Positions 53,253 through 63,116 of a DNA stretch of 64,000 nucleotides are shown here, piece after piece; positions within the stretch are counted from its first letter, which is position 1; the number at the start of each line of letters is the position of its first letter. The DNA is from an uncultured Methanomassiliicoccales archaeon. Lineage in GTDB: Archaea > Thermoplasmatota > Thermoplasmata > Methanomassiliicoccales > UBA472. The translations under genes were made by a program, and so were the position numbers. The DNA lies in NCBI GenBank assembly GCA_963695345.1, contig OY968769.1:1344001-1408000 (forward strand), read 5' to 3'. The notes under the pieces were generated by a model. The model worked only from the letters and a program-made list of their open reading frames with translations, had not been told where the DNA came from and did not search any database.

Positions 53253-54779
53253 TTACGGAATATCTATCGGAACCCCCGGTGATGGCAGTACCACCTTCCT
53301 GTTCAATTCCTTGAAGAATTCCGGCCGGAGCGTATGAACCGGGACAATGAGGTCCGGATCGATGGTCTCCACCACTGTGGCCAGGTCATCGGCCGAAGCG
53401 TGGCCTGATGCATGGTAGCCGGGCTCGAACGTCACTGTCCCATTCTTCTCAAGGAAACCGCGCACATCCATCCCGAACCTGGAGATCCACCGGTGCAGGC
53501 GTACGAAATCGAAAACCTGGTCCTCTGAATGGGCCTCGGAGGACGAATAGATATAGCGGCCACCCTTCGGTTTGATGTCCAGCAGGTTCCCCATATCGTA
53601 TGAGGAGAAACAGAGTATGTGTTCCCAGGGGTGCATCGAAATCTCCTTTGGATCTACCAGTTCTCCGATCTGTTCCTCGATGGATTCCTTGACCTTGCTC
53701 CCTCTGCTCTTCAGCTCCCCGTACACCAGGACCTGGGAGAGCCGGTCCACACCGTCGACCAAGCGCATTGCGTCCAGGAAATATGCGTCCTTGACCGTCA
53801 CCACCAGCGACCTTCCCGTTCCCTTGGCGATTTCCATGAACGCGTCCAGTCTTTCGAAGTTGCGGGCTGAGAAGTCAGCGATCATCAGACCGTCAACCTC
53901 CTCGGCGGCAGCCCTGCAATTGCTCGCCACGTCCGCCTCTGAAAGTTGGTAATGGGCATCGTCCCGGCCGGTCCTGGTCCCCTCGATGATCAGCACCGCC
54001 GGGGAGAGCGCTTTGGCGTCGGACATGAACTTTCTCGTCTTTTCACCGTTCGTCCCATGCAAGCGGATATCACCGCTGTAGACCACCCATCCGGCGGGCG
54101 TCTCGACCCCGTAGGCGGTCGCTCCATAGATGGAATGGTCAACATCCATGGCCTTGATCTCCAGGTCCAGGGAGGCCATGTCGCCCAGCTCCCCTAGCTC
54201 CAATCCCTTCGTCTTTCCTTTGCTCCTTGCCCAGAAATCGCCGAAACCGGTGGTGTGCCCATCGGTCAGGAAGAAGTCCCTGGCCACGTACGATCCCTTT
54301 CCGGCGACCACGGTGCGGCGGTCGGTCCCTGGCCCTTTGACCGTGCAATATGCACACTCGGCCCCGGGGTCCGCCCGTCCGCAGTCGTTCATCGCCTTGA
54401 TCAGGGCGGCGGTCATCGGGGTGGCCACGAAAGGTATGTCCAGATCGAGGAAGCCGGCGCATCCGAAATGGTCGATGTGGGCATGAGAGATCAGAAGGGC
54501 GTCCACGGCGAGATGGGGCGCTGAGGCAAGGTCGACATCGTCCGGGACCAGGTCCTCCCGGTACCAGTTCACCTTCGGGATCAGGCCCATGTCCAGGTAG
54601 TCATGGATCCCTCTCGAGGCGCGAGGCTGGAGGAATTCATCGTAATACTGGTTCATACGGTTGAAGTTGGTACCGAAATCGAAGATCACGCCTTTCTCTT
54701 CGAACCCCAGATGGACCTTGTTGCCCCCGATGCAGTCCGCCCCATCGAATACCGTAATCCTGACCGGCTTGTTTCCCAC
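53253..54779 (-). CDS. RNase J-like beta-CASP/MBL metallo-hydrolase
   Basis: IGGNK, DFG, SHAHIDH, DHSI, YSGDIR, IEGT, HASGHA and PVH. Confidence 0.87.
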   Translation of the reverse strand: MGNKPVRITVFDGADCIGGNKVHLGFEEKGVIFDFGTNFNRMNQYYDEFLQPRASRGIHDYLDMGLIPKVNWYREDLVPDDVDLASAPHLAVDALLISHAHIDHFGCAGFLDLDIPFVATPMTAALIKAMNDCGRADPGAECAYCTVKGPGTDRRTVVAGKGSYVARDFFLTDGHTTGFGDFWARSKGKTKGLELGELGDMASLDLEIKAMDVDHSIYGATAYGVETPAGWVVYSGDIRLHGTNGEKTRKFMSDAKALSPAVLIIEGTRTGRDDAHYQLSEADVASNCRAAAEEVDGLMIADFSARNFERLDAFMEIAKGTGRSLVVTVKDAYFLDAMRLVDGVDRLSQVLVYGELKSRGSKVKESIEEQIGELVDPKEISMHPWEHILCFSSYDMGNLLDIKPKGGRYIYSSSEAHSEDQVFDFVRLHRWISRFGMDVRGFLEKNGTVTFEPGYHASGHASADDLATVVETIDPDLIVPVHTLRPEFFKELNRKVVLPSPGVPIDIP

Positions 54780-54913
54780 GACGCAACATACGGCCAGGGG
54801 TATGATAAAGGTGTCGAGAAACCGTCAACGGTCGAATGCATTAACACCAGGCTACCTTGGCAAACTTGAATAAGCCAACTCCCGATATGAGGTCGTTTGG
54901 TGAATACTCCGCC

Positions 54914-55375
54914 ATGAACAGCATGGAACCAATGATGGGGGAACAGGAATGTCCCGGTTGCGGCAGTGAAATGGCATCCGAGCATGCCTATTGCCGTCGG
55001 TGCGGGATGCCTCGGAAGAGCACGGCCCCTTCGGGCACTAGCGTCGAGGAATGGACCTGCATGGGATGTGGCCGGAGGATTTCCACGGAGTTCAGGTTCT
55101 GCCCCAATTGCGGGCGGCCGGCGATCATCCCATACTATCAATATCCGTTTCCAGTCCAACAGCCGGTATACGGTGAGGACTCCACGATAGTACATTACAT
55201 TCTTTTTGCACTATCGCTGCTGGTCCCGCTGCTCGGATTCCTGCTCGGATTCCTGCTCACCCGATCGGATAACCCTGTCGAAGATCAGAACGCGGGCAAA
55301 ATTTGCATTGTGATGGCTTTTTTCTGGCCTTCGATCATTCTCTTGTTCATCATCCGCTTGCTGGTCTTCGCCTGA
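54914..55375 (+). CDS. Double zinc-ribbon protein with C-terminal TM hairpin
   Basis: CPGC...CRRCG, CMGC...CPNCG, a Pro/Tyr/Gln linker and two TM helices; start codon uncertain. Confidence 0.8.
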   Translation: MNSMEPMMGEQECPGCGSEMASEHAYCRRCGMPRKSTAPSGTSVEEWTCMGCGRRISTEFRFCPNCGRPAIIPYYQYPFPVQQPVYGEDSTIVHYILFALSLLVPLLGFLLGFLLTRSDNPVEDQNAGKICIVMAFFWPSIILLFIIRLLVFA

Positions 55376-55476
55376 AAAGGCTCCCATGTTCTGGATAGTG
55401 ATTCCCTCATCGTAATATTGATAATGCCATAGGTCTTAGTCCCCAAATAGTCCAACGGATTCTGAGGGATTTGAAA

Positions 55477-56463
55477 ATGAGTTTGTTCAATAAAGATCAA
55501 GAAATGGTCTGCCCAGGATGCGGCAACCGGATACAATCCACTGACAGATTTTGCAAATACTGCGGCCGAGCTGTGATCCAGGCTTCCCCGGCACCACCTC
55601 CCTCCTCGAACCAGAGAACCAAGCAATGCTCCAGTTGCGGAAGGGAGGTGCCTGAGGGGTTGAACTTCTGCCCCTTCTGCGGGAAACCTACACCAGGGGC
55701 CGTACCGTCTGAGGACGCCCCTCCAGTACAACCGGCACCGATCCAGGCTCAACCAGCCCCGATGCCTCAACCGGCAGCCCCTCAGAAACCGATGCCCCGA
55801 TGCGTCGGCTGCAATCGGGAGATACCCGAAGGTCTCAAGTTCTGTCCTTACTGCGCACGCCCCAATCCGTATGCGGCGGCTGCTCCATACCCGATGCCCC
55901 AATCGGCACCATTGCCGGAGCCAGTCCCCATGCCCGCACCGGTCGCTCCGGCCCCTCCGGTTCAACCGGTGGCTCCAGCCTCTTCTGGCATGGAGAAGTG
56001 CAAGGCCTGCGGCAAGGAGATCCCTTCCGGTCTGAAGTACTGTCCTTACTGCGGCAGATTGGCGGCAGTCGAACAGCCCGTCCAGCAGCCCGCACCGGTG
56101 ATCGCGCCCATGACACCGGCCCCCGCTCCGGCCCCGATGCCCCAACCAGCACCTACGCCGGTTCCAGCCCCAGTACAGGCCCCGATGCCTGAGCCGGCGG
56201 TCCCGGCCCCAGCACCAGCTCCGATGCAGTCACCTGTCCCTGCCACGCAACCGGCGACCAAACGCTGCGTCGGCTGTGGAAGGGAGATCAGCGCCAACAT
56301 GAAGTTCTGTCCGTTCTGCGGTACTGCTGACCCGGCACCGATGCAGGCGCCGCCATCCCCGCCGGTAGGGACCAGGATCTGCCCGGGCTGCGGTAAGGAG
56401 ATATCGATAACGCATGATTTCTGTCCGTCGTGCGGCTATCCAAAGAACCCTCGTTTCTATTGA
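55477..56463 (+). CDS. Six-zinc-ribbon protein with Pro/Ala/Gln-rich linkers
   Basis: Six CxxC-x10-CxxC units separated by PAP/QPAP tracts. Confidence 0.85.
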   Translation: MSLFNKDQEMVCPGCGNRIQSTDRFCKYCGRAVIQASPAPPPSSNQRTKQCSSCGREVPEGLNFCPFCGKPTPGAVPSEDAPPVQPAPIQAQPAPMPQPAAPQKPMPRCVGCNREIPEGLKFCPYCARPNPYAAAAPYPMPQSAPLPEPVPMPAPVAPAPPVQPVAPASSGMEKCKACGKEIPSGLKYCPYCGRLAAVEQPVQQPAPVIAPMTPAPAPAPMPQPAPTPVPAPVQAPMPEPAVPAPAPAPMQSPVPATQPATKRCVGCGREISANMKFCPFCGTADPAPMQAPPSPPVGTRICPGCGKEISITHDFCPSCGYPKNPRFY

Positions 56464-56490
56464 ATGAAGGCGGCCTTTTCAGGCCCCTCA

Positions 56491-56509
56491 CCCTTTCATT
56501 TTTGTTTTA
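56491..56509 (+). terminator. Oligo-T archaeal terminator candidate
   Basis: CCTTTCATTTTTGTTTTAA about 30 nt after the stop. Confidence 0.45.
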
Positions 56510-56641
56510 ACAATATTTATCTGGAGGTGCCATACACTGCTCTCTGGCTCAACAACATTTAAGTATTGAATATGATAATAACAAAGCAACATTCCAAACA
56601 GGCTCATGCCTGGGTGAGGAATATTAGGAGGATGTATTAAT

Positions 56642-57022
56642 TTGACAGACCAGGAAATGAGGATGTGTCCCGGATGCGGCCGCCAGATACCGGCGGCCTA
56701 TAACGTCTGTCCGCACTGCGGCCGGCCTGCTAACGCACCGCCACAGTATGGACCGCAGCCAGCCTATGGCCCGCAGCCCTACGGTCAGCCGTACCCACAG
56801 CAGCCGCAAGAGCCGCTGGGAGCGTTGAAGTACATACTCTACATCATCTCGTTCTTCAGCATCATCATCGGGTTCATACTGTTCATCGTATGGAACAACG
56901 ATCCGAACCCGGAGAAGAGACATGTCGGGAAGAACTGTCTGCTCCTGGCCATTGCTGGAATCGTTCTCAGCGTATTATGCTGGGTCCTCGCGGCAGTATT
57001 CTGGACCGCTTCCTTCTATTAG
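56642..57022 (+). CDS. Zinc-ribbon + YGPQP-rich + TM hairpin protein
   Basis: GGAGG SD and TTG start; CPGC...CPHCG; QYGPQPAYGPQPYGQP; two TM helices. Confidence 0.85.
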   Translation: MTDQEMRMCPGCGRQIPAAYNVCPHCGRPANAPPQYGPQPAYGPQPYGQPYPQQPQEPLGALKYILYIISFFSIIIGFILFIVWNNDPNPEKRHVGKNCLLLAIAGIVLSVLCWVLAAVFWTASFY

Positions 57023-57088
57023 GCAGCGCATCCGGCAAGGCACGCAAACCCCTTTCCTTTTATCTTTTCAGCCCCTTATCGATACGGA

Positions 57089-57787
57089 ATGGGCCCGCCT
57101 GCAGATATTCTTGGTAGCTTTCTTTGGAACGTGGGATACTCTCTCTGCCACCAGTTACCAGAGCGGTCCTTCATCATAAGCGGATTGCAGATGCCGGTCT
57201 GTGCTCGGGACACCGGCATCTATCTCGGTTTTCTGGCCGTGCTCGGGATATTCCTACTCGGCAAACGATATCATAACAAGGTGGCGCCCGACCGCCTGGT
57301 GATGGCCTATGCCGCTCTGGGTGTCGGCCTGTACGCGTTCGATGCGTTGAGCTCCTATCTGGGTTTCCGCTCCACCAGCAACGACATACGTTTGTTCGTC
57401 GGTCTGGCCTTTGGGTCCGGGATCGCCTTCCTATTGCTGGGCGTGGTATCGATCGCCTTGTTCCGGGGCAATGGTCCGAAAAGGGTCTTCTCAATGCTGG
57501 ATATTGCCATTGTCATACCGATCCTGGCGCTGGCATCGGTACCGCTGGTGGTCGACCTGGGCGGCGCGTCCTATTACCTCATGGCCACGGCGGTCATTGC
57601 CGGATATCTGATCATGCTGTTCTTCATCACTGCCCTGCTCCTCTCGGTCCTGTGGTCCTGGAATCTGACGGACTCAGGGAACGCCGGGAGGCTGGTCGTC
57701 GTTTCCGTCGTGCTCGAAGCTCTGTTCGTGATCGGACTCTGGGCCATCAAGTCCTATGTCTGGCCTGGAATTTCCCTACCGGGCTAA
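57089..57787 (+). CDS. DUF2085-family membrane protein
   Basis: CHQLPERS...QMPVCARDTGIY signature. Confidence 0.88.
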   Translation: MGPPADILGSFLWNVGYSLCHQLPERSFIISGLQMPVCARDTGIYLGFLAVLGIFLLGKRYHNKVAPDRLVMAYAALGVGLYAFDALSSYLGFRSTSNDIRLFVGLAFGSGIAFLLLGVVSIALFRGNGPKRVFSMLDIAIVIPILALASVPLVVDLGGASYYLMATAVIAGYLIMLFFITALLLSVLWSWNLTDSGNAGRLVVVSVVLEALFVIGLWAIKSYVWPGISLPG

Positions 57788-57819
57788 AACCATATTAGCT
57801 CAAAACCCATGACCCATCC

Positions 57820-58458
57820 GTGGAGAGGCCTCTGGGTGAAGAGATCCGGATCGACAAGGACATCGATAGGGTGCTGGCGTTCGCCTTCGTATGTCTGGCA
57901 ACGTATTCTCTGTACAGCGCGCTGACCATCGAAGGACTCTTGTTAAAAATCGAAGTGGCCGCGTCGATCCCTTTGAACGCATTGCCCGCCATCTTTTTCT
58001 GGATCAGGGAGCCCGCGAGGGAGGGTACGAGGCGCGGCGAGTTCCTCGTTCCGGCCCTTTCTTTGATCATGCCTTTCCTGGCGATGAACGTACCCTCGCT
58101 CCTTCCGACTCCGTACTCTATCTCATATGGTTTCCTTGTCGCCATGTTCGGGGCGGCCTTGGCCATATCCTCCTTCATATACCTGCGCCGGTCCTTCGCC
58201 ATCATGCCAGCCGTTCGTAACGTGGTCACTTCCGGTCCATATCAGTTCGTCCGGCACCCTTTGTACCTGGGCGAGCTGATGTACGCCATCGGTATGGTGA
58301 TGCTCGGGTTCAACATCCTGAGCGTTGTTCTTGTGGTACTGTCGGTCGTGATCCTGGCAATGAGGGTCAAGATCGAGGAAAGGAAATTGCTGCGATATCC
58401 TGAGTACGTGAGCTATGCCCACAAGGTCCGGTACCGCATGATCCCGCCTTTGTTCTGA
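57820..58458 (+). CDS. Isoprenylcysteine carboxyl methyltransferase (ICMT/PEMT)-family membrane protein
   Basis: VTSGPYQFVRHPLYLG, R...EE..L and Y..Y...V motifs. Confidence 0.87.
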   Translation: MERPLGEEIRIDKDIDRVLAFAFVCLATYSLYSALTIEGLLLKIEVAASIPLNALPAIFFWIREPAREGTRRGEFLVPALSLIMPFLAMNVPSLLPTPYSISYGFLVAMFGAALAISSFIYLRRSFAIMPAVRNVVTSGPYQFVRHPLYLGELMYAIGMVMLGFNILSVVLVVLSVVILAMRVKIEERKLLRYPEYVSYAHKVRYRMIPPLF

Positions 58459-58522
58459 GAGCACGGCATAGTTACCGGCTTCGACCGATACCGATATATC
58501 CAGTATCGTCATTCGAAGGGAC

Positions 58523-59782
58523 ATGGCGGCCATGACCTTCGCGGAGAAGGTGCTTACCAGGGCGAGCGGAAAAGCGGTCGTACCCGGAGACATTGTCAAT
58601 GCCAAGATCGACCTGGCCATGTCCCACGAGAACGCCGCGCTGGTCCTCCGTTCCTTTCACGAGATCGGGGCGGAACACGTCTGGGACCGGGACAAGATAG
58701 TCCTCCTTTTCGACCACCGCATTCCGGCGAATACCACGAAGGCGGCCGAAGGCCACAAGGTGGTCAGGGAATTCGTCAAGAAGGAAGGTATCCCCAACTT
58801 CTATGATCTGCGCGAGGGCATCTGCCACCAGGTACTACCAGAAAAGGGGCATGTACGGCCTGGAATGCTCATCGTCGGGTCCGACTCGCACACCACCACA
58901 TATGGGGCATTCGGTGCCTTCTCCACCGGGATAGGCGCAACCGAGATGGCATCGGTCTGGGCGACCGGTGAACTGTGGCTCAAGGTCCCGCAGACGATGC
59001 GGTTGAAGTTGAACGGGGTCCTGCACAAGGCGGTGGAGCCCAAGGATGTGATTCTCTATCTCATAGGCCAGATCAAGGCCGATGGCGCCGACTACATGTC
59101 GGTGGAGTTCACCGGTCCGGTCGTTGACGAGATGTCGGTGTCCGGCAGGATGGTCCTGACGAACATGAGCATGGAGATGGGGGCCAAGAACGGGGTCTGC
59201 TTTCCGGACAGGAAGACCATGGATTTCCTGGAAAGGCGGGTCAGGCAAGCGATGTATCCGGTCGTCTCCGACAAAGAGGCCCCCGTGTCAAGGGAGCTTG
59301 AATTCAACCTGACGGACCTGGAACCGCAAGTGGCCTGCCCGCACCAGGTGGATAATGTGAAACCGGTCTCCGAGGTGGCGGGAAAGGCCATTGACCAGGC
59401 GGTCATCGGCTCGTGCACCAACGGTCGCCTGGAGGACCTGATGGCGGCCGAGGCCATCCTGCGGGGCAAGAAGGTCAGCGATTCGGTCAGGTTGATCGTG
59501 GTTCCAGCGTCCCGCGAGGTCTATCTTGACGCGGCCGACAAAGGCATATTGTCATCGCTGGTGCGTTCCGGGGCGGTGGTGACGAACCCCGGATGCGGCC
59601 CATGCCTGGGGGCGCACCAGGGAATACTAGCACCGGGGGAGAGATGCATTTCCACCACCAACCGCAACTTCCAAGGCCGGATGGGGTCTCCCGATTCCGA
59701 GGTCTACCTTGCTTCGCCGGCGACGGTGGCCGCGAGCGCCCTGGCCGGAAAGATAGCGGATCCGAGGGAGGTGCGGAGATGA
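58523..59782 (+). CDS. 3-isopropylmalate dehydratase/homoaconitase large subunit
   Basis: GICHQV, GSDSHTT, IGSCTNGR, CGPCLG and STTNRNF. Confidence 0.94.
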   Translation: MAAMTFAEKVLTRASGKAVVPGDIVNAKIDLAMSHENAALVLRSFHEIGAEHVWDRDKIVLLFDHRIPANTTKAAEGHKVVREFVKKEGIPNFYDLREGICHQVLPEKGHVRPGMLIVGSDSHTTTYGAFGAFSTGIGATEMASVWATGELWLKVPQTMRLKLNGVLHKAVEPKDVILYLIGQIKADGADYMSVEFTGPVVDEMSVSGRMVLTNMSMEMGAKNGVCFPDRKTMDFLERRVRQAMYPVVSDKEAPVSRELEFNLTDLEPQVACPHQVDNVKPVSEVAGKAIDQAVIGSCTNGRLEDLMAAEAILRGKKVSDSVRLIVVPASREVYLDAADKGILSSLVRSGAVVTNPGCGPCLGAHQGILAPGERCISTTNRNFQGRMGSPDSEVYLASPATVAASALAGKIADPREVRR

Positions 59783-60270
59783 GAGGCAAGGTATGGAGGT
59801 ATGGAGATCATGTCAACACCGACCTGATCATTCCCGGAAGGTATCTGGACGACTACGACCCGAAGAATCTGGCCAAGCATGCCATGGAGGACATCGATCC
59901 GGACTTCGCCAAGAAGGTGGGTTTCGGGGACATCATTGTGGCCGGCCGCAATTTCGGATGCGGTTCCAGCCGAGAACAGGCGCCGGTGGCCCTGAAGGGG
60001 GCCGGTGTTGGCGCGGTCATCGCCGGGAGCTTCGCTCGGATATTCTACCGCAACGCGATCAACATCGGATTGCCTGTGATAGAATGTCCCGAGGCGTACG
60101 ACGCGTTCAAGAACGGGGACGTGGCGCTCATCAACATCGACAAGGGCATCATCGTCAATGAGACGACGGGCAAGAGCATCCGTTTCCAACCGATGCCGGA
60201 GTTCTTGAGGGACATAATGAAGACCGGCGGTTTGGTTCGCTACACGAAGGAAAAACTGCGCCACCGATAG
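59779..60270 (+). CDS. 3-isopropylmalate dehydratase/homoaconitase small subunit
   Basis: [23 protein letters not shown] and [12 protein letters not shown]; ATGA overlap. Confidence 0.94.
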   Translation: MRGKVWRYGDHVNTDLIIPGRYLDDYDPKNLAKHAMEDIDPDFAKKVGFGDIIVAGRNFGCGSSREQAPVALKGAGVGAVIAGSFARIFYRNAINIGLPVIECPEAYDAFKNGDVALINIDKGIIVNETTGKSIRFQPMPEFLRDIMKTGGLVRYTKEKLRHR

Positions 60271-60391
60271 GGAACGTTCTTGTACATGTTCCGCTTTTGA
60301 TGCATTCGTTAAGGGACGCCCGGCGTCCGGCAGGAAAACGCGAAAAAACACGCTGGCCTGCTGGCTAATGATGCTTACAACGATAAATAAA

Positions 60392-60399
60392 TTTATAAG
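60392..60399 (+). promoter_or_regulatory. TATA box of the rpoK-rps2 operon
   Basis: TTTATAAG with an A-rich BRE region upstream, about 40 nt before the rpoK ATG. Confidence 0.55.
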
Positions 60400-60439
60400 C
60401 ATCTCGCTAATATGGGGGTACTCCCTGCATGGTGATTTC

Positions 60440-60613
60440 ATGAAATATACCAGATTCGAGAAGGCGCGCATTATCGGTGCAAGAGCACTGCAGGTCTCGC
60501 TGGGTGCGCCGGTCCTTCTGGAAATCCCTGAAAGAATGATCGATCCCATCCAGATCGCGATGTTGGAGTTCGAGAAGGGAGTTATCCCTATTACAGTCAA
60601 ACGAGACACATGA
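60440..60613 (+). CDS. rpoK: DNA-directed RNA polymerase subunit K (Rpo6)
   Basis: [16 protein letters not shown]...GAP...PITVKR. Confidence 0.96.
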   Translation: MKYTRFEKARIIGARALQVSLGAPVLLEIPERMIDPIQIAMLEFEKGVIPITVKRDT

Positions 60614-60623
60614 GGTTGTTGAA

Positions 60624-61235
60624 ATGAGCGACGAAGCGAAAACGGATCTTCTCGTACCAGAGGACGTATACCTTACTTCCGGCGTACACATCGGAACTCA
60701 GCAGAAAAGCGCCGACATGAAGGAGTTCATATTCAAGGTCAGATCGGACGGCCTGTATGTTCTCGATGTTAAACAGACGGACAACAGGATCAGGGCCGTG
60801 GCATCGTTCCTGGGCAGATACAAGCCCGACCGCATCCTGGTGGTCTCGGCCCGTCAGTACGGTCAGAAGCCGGTCCGGATGTTCTCCAAGACCATCGGGG
60901 CCATGTCCTTCGCGGACAGGCTTATCCCCGGATCACTCACCAACCCGAGGCTCGAGAAGTTCATCGAGCCCGAGGTCATCGTAGTTACCGACCCTGCCGC
61001 AGACCAGCAGGCAGTCGCCGAGGCGCTCAACATCGGTATCCCGATCGTTGCCCTGTGCGACGCTAACAACGAGACCAGGAACGTAGATCTGGTCATCCCG
61101 ACGAACAACAAGGGACGCCGCGCTTTGGCCTGCGTCTATTGGCTGCTCACCCGGGAAGTGCTCAAGGCCCGCGGCCAGCTGACCCGGGATGAGGACTACA
61201 AGCTGACCATCGACGACTTCGAAGCTTCCCTATAA
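60624..61235 (+). CDS. rps2: 30S ribosomal protein S2
   Basis: [16 protein letters not shown] and [10 protein letters not shown]. Confidence 0.97.
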   Translation: MSDEAKTDLLVPEDVYLTSGVHIGTQQKSADMKEFIFKVRSDGLYVLDVKQTDNRIRAVASFLGRYKPDRILVVSARQYGQKPVRMFSKTIGAMSFADRLIPGSLTNPRLEKFIEPEVIVVTDPAADQQAVAEALNIGIPIVALCDANNETRNVDLVIPTNNKGRRALACVYWLLTREVLKARGQLTRDEDYKLTIDDFEASL

Positions 61236-61289
61236 GCCCGTTGTCGTGCACAAATCTCAATAAACCCCTTCCTTCTATTCATTTTCTAT

Positions 61290-62105
61290 ATGGTCAGATA
61301 TCCCGCCGTCGCCGGACAGTTCTATGCCGGAAAGGAAGCGTCATTGCGCCGCGAGGTCGAGGCCTGCTTCACCTCTCCGATCGGGCCGGGTCATTTGCCA
61401 AAATTGGAATCAGGGCCGCGGAATATCGTCGGGGCGGTCGTTCCTCACGCCGGCCTGGTCTATTCTGGACCGGTTGCCGCCCATGTGTACGATGCGATGG
61501 CCAGAGACGGGTTCCCCGACACTATCGTGATAATAGGGCCCAATCACAACGGGATCGGGGCGGGCGTGGCGGTCACGACCGAGGATTTTGAGACCCCTTT
61601 CGGAGTGGTAAGCATTGATCAGGATATTGCGTCCAAGATGAAAGGGGCGATATTCAATGACCCGGTCTCCCACCGGTTCGAACACTCCATCGAGGTCCAG
61701 CTTCCCTTCCTTCAATATATCAAGCGGGACATCAAGTTCGTACCCATCTCTATGGGCTTCCAGGATTTCGAGACCGCCGTGGAAACGGCAAAGGCGATCA
61801 AAAAGGCCATAGCCGGTCGGGATGTAATCATCATCGCATCGACCGACTTTTCCCACTACATCCCGCCCGAAAAGGCCCGGCAGCTGGACACCAAGGTGAT
61901 AGAGAAGATACTGGCCATGGACCCCAAGGGGATGTACGCTACGGTCACGACCAACAATGTGACGATGTGCGGCTACGGTCCGGTAATGACGATGCTGCTC
62001 GCCTGCGAGGGCAAGGAGGCCAAGCTCCTCAAGTATGCCAATTCCGGCGACGTCCATCCGATGGACAAGGTCGTCGGTTATGCGGGGATCGTCGTCACCA
62101 GGTAG
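61290..62105 (+). CDS. MEMO1-family protein (AmmeMemoRadiSam protein B)
   Basis: RYPAVAGQFY, PHAG..YSG, GPNH, EHSIEVQLPFLQ, ASTDFSHY and MCGYGP. Confidence 0.93.
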   Translation: MVRYPAVAGQFYAGKEASLRREVEACFTSPIGPGHLPKLESGPRNIVGAVVPHAGLVYSGPVAAHVYDAMARDGFPDTIVIIGPNHNGIGAGVAVTTEDFETPFGVVSIDQDIASKMKGAIFNDPVSHRFEHSIEVQLPFLQYIKRDIKFVPISMGFQDFETAVETAKAIKKAIAGRDVIIIASTDFSHYIPPEKARQLDTKVIEKILAMDPKGMYATVTTNNVTMCGYGPVMTMLLACEGKEAKLLKYANSGDVHPMDKVVGYAGIVVTR

Positions 62106-62190
62106 TATGAATTATCAAGCGCCGCTAATCTGAGGACAGGGGACATATATCCAAAAGGGACTAGTCTCCCTTCCGGAAGGTTAAGTTTCA

Positions 62191-63081
62191 ATGGTCGCGG
62201 TAAGGGATTGCAGGTTTTGCGGAAAGGCGGTCCAGACCGATGCCATATGGTGCGCATATTGCGGACGGAACATTTCTGCTCCGGTCGATTCCGGTGCCTC
62301 CCACAAGGGGATGGTCGAGGCGGTGTCTGGCATACGTTCTCCTCAGGTCTCCGATCCCAAGCAATGGCTTGCCACTTCCATGGGTTTGAGGGAAGGCACC
62401 GACAAGATGATCGAACAGCGATGGCTGTTCATGCCGTTGGTAGGAACTTCCATGGTCGTAATCGGTTTGCTGATCATGCTCTTTGGCCTGCTGGGCAAAG
62501 GAATGGCCCTCGAAATAGGGCTAGTGGTCTATCTCTTCGGCGTCGTCGTGACCGGCGGGATATTGGCACAGCTGAACTTCCGCATGCTGGAAAGGCAGGA
62601 TGGCCATGCCCGGAGGGAAAGGGTGCTTAGAGATGGAGTGCTCGCCTACATGAGGGAAAAGGCGACCGAAAAGAATTCGATCCAGGCAATCCAACCCCAG
62701 CTGAGCGTGATCGAGATCATCAATGCCGAGTCCCGGGCCACTGAGAGGGACATACCTACTTTGAAATGGACATTGTTCTCGTACGTGCCGATACTGCAGC
62801 TCTATGTTATGCAGCGGCTGACCCGTTTCACCACCGAGCACGACCGGCGCTGGACCGTGTTCATCCAGCAGGTCCAGTCAGGCGGAGCGACGATCGGGTT
62901 CAGGCCGACTCTACCTTCATGGAAGGCCTCGGCCCCAAAACCGGCGGTGGTTTACCTCGCCATCAGCTTCATTTTCCTGCCCTTCATCACATTCTGGTAC
63001 ACGGACCTGATCAAGGACCTCGAGGAGCATTTCAAACTCCAATGGCAGTTCGAGGACCAGATCGCAGCGCATATGAAGTAG
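62191..63081 (+). CDS. Zinc-ribbon membrane protein (DUF4234-like C-terminus)
   Basis: CRFC...CAYCG N-terminus, TM segments, D..EHF..Q...ED end. Confidence 0.75.
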   Translation: MVAVRDCRFCGKAVQTDAIWCAYCGRNISAPVDSGASHKGMVEAVSGIRSPQVSDPKQWLATSMGLREGTDKMIEQRWLFMPLVGTSMVVIGLLIMLFGLLGKGMALEIGLVVYLFGVVVTGGILAQLNFRMLERQDGHARRERVLRDGVLAYMREKATEKNSIQAIQPQLSVIEIINAESRATERDIPTLKWTLFSYVPILQLYVMQRLTRFTTEHDRRWTVFIQQVQSGGATIGFRPTLPSWKASAPKPAVVYLAISFIFLPFITFWYTDLIKDLEEHFKLQWQFEDQIAAHMK

Positions 63082-63116
63082 TAGAAATTAGGAAAAAGAT
63101 TGGAAGGCGTTTCGGC

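Noticed and set aside
55229-55258. 12-bp tandem repeat CTGCTCGGATTC x2.5
   Set aside because: In-frame LLGF repeat within a TM helix, with no sign of phase variation
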